Source: Candidatus Omnitrophota bacterium (GTDB lineage: Bacteria > Omnitrophota > Gorgyraeia > Duberdicusellales > 4484-171). Taken from it: a stretch of DNA of 39,667 nucleotides. Under the pieces are notes generated by a model that saw only the letters and a program-made list of their open reading frames with translations, had not been told where the DNA came from and searched no databases. Each line of letters starts with the position of its first letter. The first letter of the stretch is position 1. The stretch is taken from positions 1 to 39,667 of the forward strand of contig JAIPHC010000003.1 in the NCBI GenBank assembly GCA_021735405.1, in the 5' to 3' direction. Positions 35,195 to 39,667 of this stretch are shown here, piece after piece. The translations under genes were made by a program, and so were the position numbers.

Positions 35195-36121
35195 ATGCAT
35201 AAAATTTATCAAAGTATTACAGAAACTATAAGAAAAACCCCGCTGGTTAAGATAAATAGATTAACTAAAGATTTAGATGTAGAAGTCTTAGCAAAAATAG
35301 AGTCCTTTAATCCTTTATCCAGTATTAAAGATAGAATTGGAACGGCAATGATTGAAAAAGCTGAAGCCGAAGGTAAGCTCAATAAAAATTCAGTAGTTAT
35401 TGAACCAACAAGTGGAAATACCGGCATTGCTTTGGCTTTTGTTTGTGCCGCAAAAGGTTATAGGTTAATTTTAACTATACCGGATACAATGAGTATTGAA
35501 CGCAGGCAGCTGTTGCGGCATTTTGGCGCAGAGATAATATTAACAGAAGGAAGCAAAGGAATGGAAGGCGCAGTTGCTGAAGCTGAAAGGTTAGCCGGAA
35601 ATACACCAGATAGTTTTATGCCTCAGCAGTTTCAAAATTCTGCTAATTGGCAAACTCATTATAAGACTACCGGCCCGGAAATTTGGCAGGATACAAGGGG
35701 CAAAGTAGATATTTTTATTGCCGGGGTTGGAACAGGTGGTACAATTACCGGTGTGGGTAAATTTTTAAAAGAACAAAAAGATTCAATTAAGATTATTGCT
35801 TTAGAACCTAGCGCTTCAGCGGTTTTATCCGGAGGCAAATCCGGCCCGCATAAGATTCAAGGAATTGGAGCAGGGTTTATTCCAGAAATTTTAGATCAAG
35901 GTTTAATCGACGAGATAATGAAAGTCTCTGACCAAAATAGTGGCGAATTTGCTAAAAAATTGGCAAAAAAAGAAGGGATATTTGCGGGTATTTCCAGCGG
36001 AGCGGCTATTTGGGCTGCGGTTGAGGTGGCAAAAAGGCAAGAATCAAAAGGTAAAACTATTGTCACAGTTTTACCGGACACCGGAGAAAGATACTTATCA
36101 GTTTGGTCCATATTTAAGTAA
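35195..36121 (+). CDS. cysK: Cysteine synthase A
   Basis: [48 protein letters not shown]. Confidence 0.95.
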   Translation: MHKIYQSITETIRKTPLVKINRLTKDLDVEVLAKIESFNPLSSIKDRIGTAMIEKAEAEGKLNKNSVVIEPTSGNTGIALAFVCAAKGYRLILTIPDTMSIERRQLLRHFGAEIILTEGSKGMEGAVAEAERLAGNTPDSFMPQQFQNSANWQTHYKTTGPEIWQDTRGKVDIFIAGVGTGGTITGVGKFLKEQKDSIKIIALEPSASAVLSGGKSGPHKIQGIGAGFIPEILDQGLIDEIMKVSDQNSGEFAKKLAKKEGIFAGISSGAAIWAAVEVAKRQESKGKTIVTVLPDTGERYLSVWSIFK

Positions 36122-36126
36122 AAATA

Positions 36127-36178
36127 TTATCACACCGCGTAGGTGTGATAAAGAGAATTCCCACCTACGCGGTGGGAA
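36127..36178. repeat. REP-like doublet: two hairpins that are reverse complements of each other
   Basis: ttatcacacc-gcgta-ggtgtgataa and ttcccacc-tacgc-ggtgggaa. Confidence 0.8.
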
Positions 36179-36188
36179 GAGGTTGATT

Positions 36189-37325
36189 ATGAAAGATAAA
36201 GGAATCGGAATAGTCGAGACAAAATATTTTACTTTTGCTGAACCTGGGCAGGAGTTAGTTTTGGCTTCCGGCCAAAGATTAGGCCCGATAACTTTAGCAT
36301 ATGAAACCTATGGCAGGCTAAATAAGAAAAAGGATAATGCAATTTTGATTTTGCATGCTTTATCCGGTGATGCTCACGCTGCAGGATTTAATCAAGGCGA
36401 TAAAAAACCAGGCTGGTGGGATAATATGATTGGCCCCGGCAGAGCCTTTAATACCGATAAATATTTTATAGTTTGTTCAAATGTGCTAGGCGGCTGCAAA
36501 GGTTCAACCGGGCCCTCTTCGATTAATCCAAAAACAGATAAGCCCTATGGATTAGACTTTCCGATAATTACAATTTCGGATATGGTTAATGCTCAAAAGA
36601 AACTAATGGATTATCTGGGCATTAAAAAACTATTATCGGTAACCGGAGGATCAATGGGAGGGATGCAGACTTTACAATGGTTTAAGTCATATCCGTGGTT
36701 TCTTAGTTCGGCAATTCCGATTGCAACTGCTCTTAAGCATTCGCCTCAGCAGATTGCTTTTGATGAAGTTGGGCGGCAGGCAATTATGGCTGATCCTGAT
36801 TGGCAGAAAGGAGATTATTATAATAAGGTTAAACCGGAACGGGGATTGGCGGTAGCCAGGATGATGGGCCATATTACTTATATGAGTGATGTTTCGATGG
36901 AAAAAAAGTTTTCGCGGAGGATGAAAAATAAAAATTATAGCTATACTTTTAAAACGGATTTTGAAGTTGAAGGGTATCTGCAATACAAAGGGGATAGTTT
37001 TGTGAAAAGATTTGATCCCAATTCATACCTTTATATAACCAAAGCGATGGATTATTTTGATTTATCGGGGAAAAAATTGGTAGCCGGAGCAGATGGAAAC
37101 GAAACTCGTTTTATGGTAATTGGATTTAAGTCTGACTGGCTTTATCCTCTATATCAATCAAGAGAAATTGTTAATCAACTTAAATACCGGCGGGTAGGAG
37201 TAACTTATTGCGAAATTCCTTCTACCTATGGCCATGATGCATTTTTGCTTGAAGTAGATGAGCAGACTCATCTAATCAAACATTTTTTATCAAGCGTATA
37301 CCGGAATGAAAAAGATGGAAAGTAA
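36189..37325 (+). CDS. metX: Homoserine O-acyltransferase (MetX family)
   Basis: [24 protein letters not shown] nucleophile motif, SDWLYP, YGHDAFL. Start reassigned to ATG 36189. Confidence 0.94.
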   Translation: MKDKGIGIVETKYFTFAEPGQELVLASGQRLGPITLAYETYGRLNKKKDNAILILHALSGDAHAAGFNQGDKKPGWWDNMIGPGRAFNTDKYFIVCSNVLGGCKGSTGPSSINPKTDKPYGLDFPIITISDMVNAQKKLMDYLGIKKLLSVTGGSMGGMQTLQWFKSYPWFLSSAIPIATALKHSPQQIAFDEVGRQAIMADPDWQKGDYYNKVKPERGLAVARMMGHITYMSDVSMEKKFSRRMKNKNYSYTFKTDFEVEGYLQYKGDSFVKRFDPNSYLYITKAMDYFDLSGKKLVAGADGNETRFMVIGFKSDWLYPLYQSREIVNQLKYRRVGVTYCEIPSTYGHDAFLLEVDEQTHLIKHFLSSVYRNEKDGK

Positions 37326-37902
37326 ACGTATAGATTATAGAATTATTTATCAAATCATAAAACCAAACAGCCGTGTTTTGGATTTAGGTTGTGGTGATGG
37401 AGAATTGCTTTCTTTTCTGGTTAAAGAAAAAAAAGTCAAAGCTCAGGGTATTGAGTTAAATGAAGCTGCGATTTATAAATGTGTAGAAAAGGGCTTAAGT
37501 GTCTTCCACGGTAATATCGAAACCGGTTTATCGGGATATCCGGACAATGCTTTTGATTATGTAATTTTAAATCAGAGCATGCAGGAAGTTAAAAATCCAG
37601 AGCGAGTATTGGAGGAATCTTTAAGAATTGGCAAAAAAGTTATTGTTGGTTTTCCTAATTTTGCCTATTTTACCGCCCGGGTAAGAATTTTTTTTAAAGG
37701 ACAAGTTCCCATTACTTCTTCACTGCCCTATCAGTGGTACAGTACACCGAATTTACATTTTTTAAGTATTAGTGATTTTGATAATTTTTGTAAAAGAAAA
37801 AAAATAAAGGTCCTCAGCAAGTATCATCTATGGAAAAATTACTTAATAAAATTATGTCCTAACCTGTGTGCTTTAAATGCAATATATTTAATCAAAAAAT
37901 AA
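37306..37902 (+). CDS. metW: Methionine biosynthesis protein MetW
   Basis: [41 protein letters not shown]; follows metX. Confidence 0.92.
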   Translation: MKKMESKRIDYRIIYQIIKPNSRVLDLGCGDGELLSFLVKEKKVKAQGIELNEAAIYKCVEKGLSVFHGNIETGLSGYPDNAFDYVILNQSMQEVKNPERVLEESLRIGKKVIVGFPNFAYFTARVRIFFKGQVPITSSLPYQWYSTPNLHFLSISDFDNFCKRKKIKVLSKYHLWKNYLIKLCPNLCALNAIYLIKK

Positions 37903-37913
37903 AAGGAGTTACC

Positions 37914-38690
37914 ATGTTAAATGAAGCTGTGGTTTCAGAAGCTATAATTGATTCTTATCAAAAAAAATTAAAAGGCAATTTAACAGTCGATGCAGCTATT
38001 GCTGGAGCGGGACCCGCCGGTCTTATTTGCGCTTATTGTTTAGCCAAGGCGGGGGTAAAGGTAGTTTTGTTTGAAAAAAAACTTTCTATTGGCGGCGGCA
38101 TGTGGGCTGGCGGGATGATGTTTAATGAAATAGTTATTCAGAAATCGGCTAAAAAAATTCTTGATGAAATTGGAGTTAGCGCAAAATTATATAAAAAAAA
38201 TTATTATTTAGCTGATGCAGTTCAAACCGTTTGTTCTTTAGGGTATTTGGCGACAAAGGCGAAAGCAACTATATTAAATGGCATTTATGCAGAGGATATA
38301 ATGGTTAAAAAGGGAAAGGTTTGCGGCCTGGTAATTAATTGGGCGGCAGCTGATGTTGCTAAATTGCATGTGGATCCATTGACCATTGAGGCAAAAGTTG
38401 TAATCGATGCCACCGGCCATCCTACAGAAGTGACAAAGGTGGCAGAAGCTAAAAGCGGTCTGCAGTTAAAGACAAAAACAAAAAAAGTTTTAGGTGAAAA
38501 ATCGATGTGGGCTGAAAAAGCGGAAAATACTGTTGTCAAAAATACCAAAGAAGTTTGTCCTGGTTTGTTTGTGGCCGGGATGGCGGCAAATGCTGTTTTT
38601 GGTTCTCCCCGAATGGGCCCAATTTTTGGCGGGATGCTTTTATCAGGCAAGAAGGCGGCTGGATTGATTATAAAGAAGCTAGGAAAATAA
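37914..38690 (+). CDS. thi4: Thiazole synthase Thi4, sulfide-dependent (His-type)
   Basis: GAGPAGL, GGGMWAGG, LHVDP, DATGH, PRMGPIFGGMLLSGKKAA. SD AGGAG before ATG 37914. Confidence 0.93.
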   Translation: MLNEAVVSEAIIDSYQKKLKGNLTVDAAIAGAGPAGLICAYCLAKAGVKVVLFEKKLSIGGGMWAGGMMFNEIVIQKSAKKILDEIGVSAKLYKKNYYLADAVQTVCSLGYLATKAKATILNGIYAEDIMVKKGKVCGLVINWAAADVAKLHVDPLTIEAKVVIDATGHPTEVTKVAEAKSGLQLKTKTKKVLGEKSMWAEKAENTVVKNTKEVCPGLFVAGMAANAVFGSPRMGPIFGGMLLSGKKAAGLIIKKLGK

Positions 38691-38696
38691 GTATTT

Positions 38697-39667
38697 ATGC
38701 CAAAAAGGAATAAAGGCCTAGATTATAAAATATTTAAAGAATTAAAGGAAAATAAAGATTATCTTTCCGGACAAGAGCTAGCCAATAAGTTTAAAATATC
38801 CCGCCAGGGCCTTTGGAAACATATAAAAAATTTAAATGATTGCGGCTACAAGATAGAAGCAATCCCCCGCCGGGGCTATAAACTAAAATATTCTCCCGAT
38901 AAGCCTTATCCTTGGGAAATAAAATATAAATTAGGCACAAAATTTATCGGCTGCAATGTTTACTTTAGGCAAAGGGTAGATTCTACTCAGGATTTTATTT
39001 GGCAACTAGGTCAATCCGGAGCTCCGGAAGGCACAATTGTTATCGCCGAAAGTCAAAAAAAGGGAAAAGGCAGGATGGGCAGGAGCTGGTTTTCCCCAAA
39101 AGGAGGATTATATTTATCTTGCTTGTTTAGGCCAAAAAAAATCTTGTTAAAAAATATTTCCCAAATTTCCTTAGTTATGGCTCTTGCCTGTATTCAAGCT
39201 ATTGAAAAAGAAACCGGGGTCAAATTGAGCCTAAAATGGCCAAACGATATTTTTTTTGATAAGAAAAAAATAGGAGGAATTCTTTGCCAAATCAATGCCG
39301 AGGCCGACAAAATTAATTTTGTAGCCGTAGGTTTAGGGATAAATATCAATACGAAAAAATTACCCAAAGAAACAACTTCTCTCTTTTTAGAAAGAAAAAA
39401 TAAATTTTCTTTAGTAATAATTACCAAAAAAATTATTGAAAAAATGGAACAGCGCTATCTAGAATTTGAATCTGGCGAAGGCAAAAAGTTACTTGCGCAG
39501 TGGCAAGAGCGTTGCTTTTTATGGGGAAACCGCTTGCGAGTAAAAGTTTTAGATAAAACAATCGAAGGTGAAGCTGCCGGAATTGATCAAGAAGGATATT
39601 TGTTGGTCCGCAGAGATAACGGGCTTACCGAAAAAATATCGAGTGGAGATGTGACTAAAGTAATGTA
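38697..39667 (+). CDS. birA: Bifunctional biotin--[acetyl-CoA-carboxylase] ligase / repressor; stop codon cut by the window edge
   Basis: Hand translation: HTH LSGQELANKFKISRQGLWKHI, then DSTQD, AESQKKGKGRMGRSW, KWPND, KIGGIL, GLGININ. Window ends at 'ta' in frame, probably the stop. Confidence 0.93.
   Translation, partial: MPKRNKGLDYKIFKELKENKDYLSGQELANKFKISRQGLWKHIKNLNDCGYKIEAIPRRGYKLKYSPDKPYPWEIKYKLGTKFIGCNVYFRQRVDSTQDFIWQLGQSGAPEGTIVIAESQKKGKGRMGRSWFSPKGGLYLSCLFRPKKILLKNISQISLVMALACIQAIEKETGVKLSLKWPNDIFFDKKKIGGILCQINAEADKINFVAVGLGININTKKLPKETTSLFLERKNKFSLVIITKKIIEKMEQRYLEFESGEGKKLLAQWQERCFLWGNRLRVKVLDKTIEGEAAGIDQEGYLLVRRDNGLTEKISSGDVTKVM

Noticed and set aside
35940-36188. 83-codon N-terminal extension of MetX overlapping cysK (possible frameshift fusion)
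   Set aside because: CysK ends normally, MetX homology begins at ATG 36189 with its own SD, and the extension crosses a palindrome. I see no convincing slippery site.
2456-39427. Numerous antisense and nested ORFs in the track (for example 8337-8852, 19747-20139, 38285-38650, 39194-39427)
   Set aside because: They are shadows of well-supported genes on the other strand or frame, with no independent motifs.

Overview
A low-GC bacterial chromosomal region made mostly of housekeeping genes. The gene content and style suggest an anaerobic, uncultured lineage such as Omnitrophota/PVC; this is inference only. In order, it holds the tail of a V/A-type ATPase operon (B, D, I, K; K has a Na+-type ligand set), tRNA-Val(TAC), and thrS-infC-rpmI-rplT. 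A five-gene Trk K+ uptake cassette then separates rplT from pheS-pheT; it includes an un-called 36-aa membrane peptide and an OB-fold-like membrane protein. Next come a probable 6S RNA, a PAC2-family gene and tRNA-Leu(GAG). A FIST / histidine kinase / REC-GGDEF operon is divergent from a PilMNO-secretin-ExeA/GspB-like cluster. The rest is a GH94 phosphorylase, a thioredoxin-like/CcdA-type protein and a long sulfur/cofactor run (radical SAM, NIL, mnmA, nadA, ThiI/MnmA-like, metY, cysK, metX, metW, His-type thi4, birA). No transposase, integrase or CRISPR array is visible. The most unusual signal is non-coding. Most intergenic gaps longer than about 50 bp hold a palindromic element, from many distinct sequence families. 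Some are built from 7- or 10-bp tandem units with inverted arms, some are nested inside each other, and some supply a stop codon or start codon or abut an RBS. There is also an 18-bp duplication of the tRNA-Val 3' end enclosing only 124 bp.
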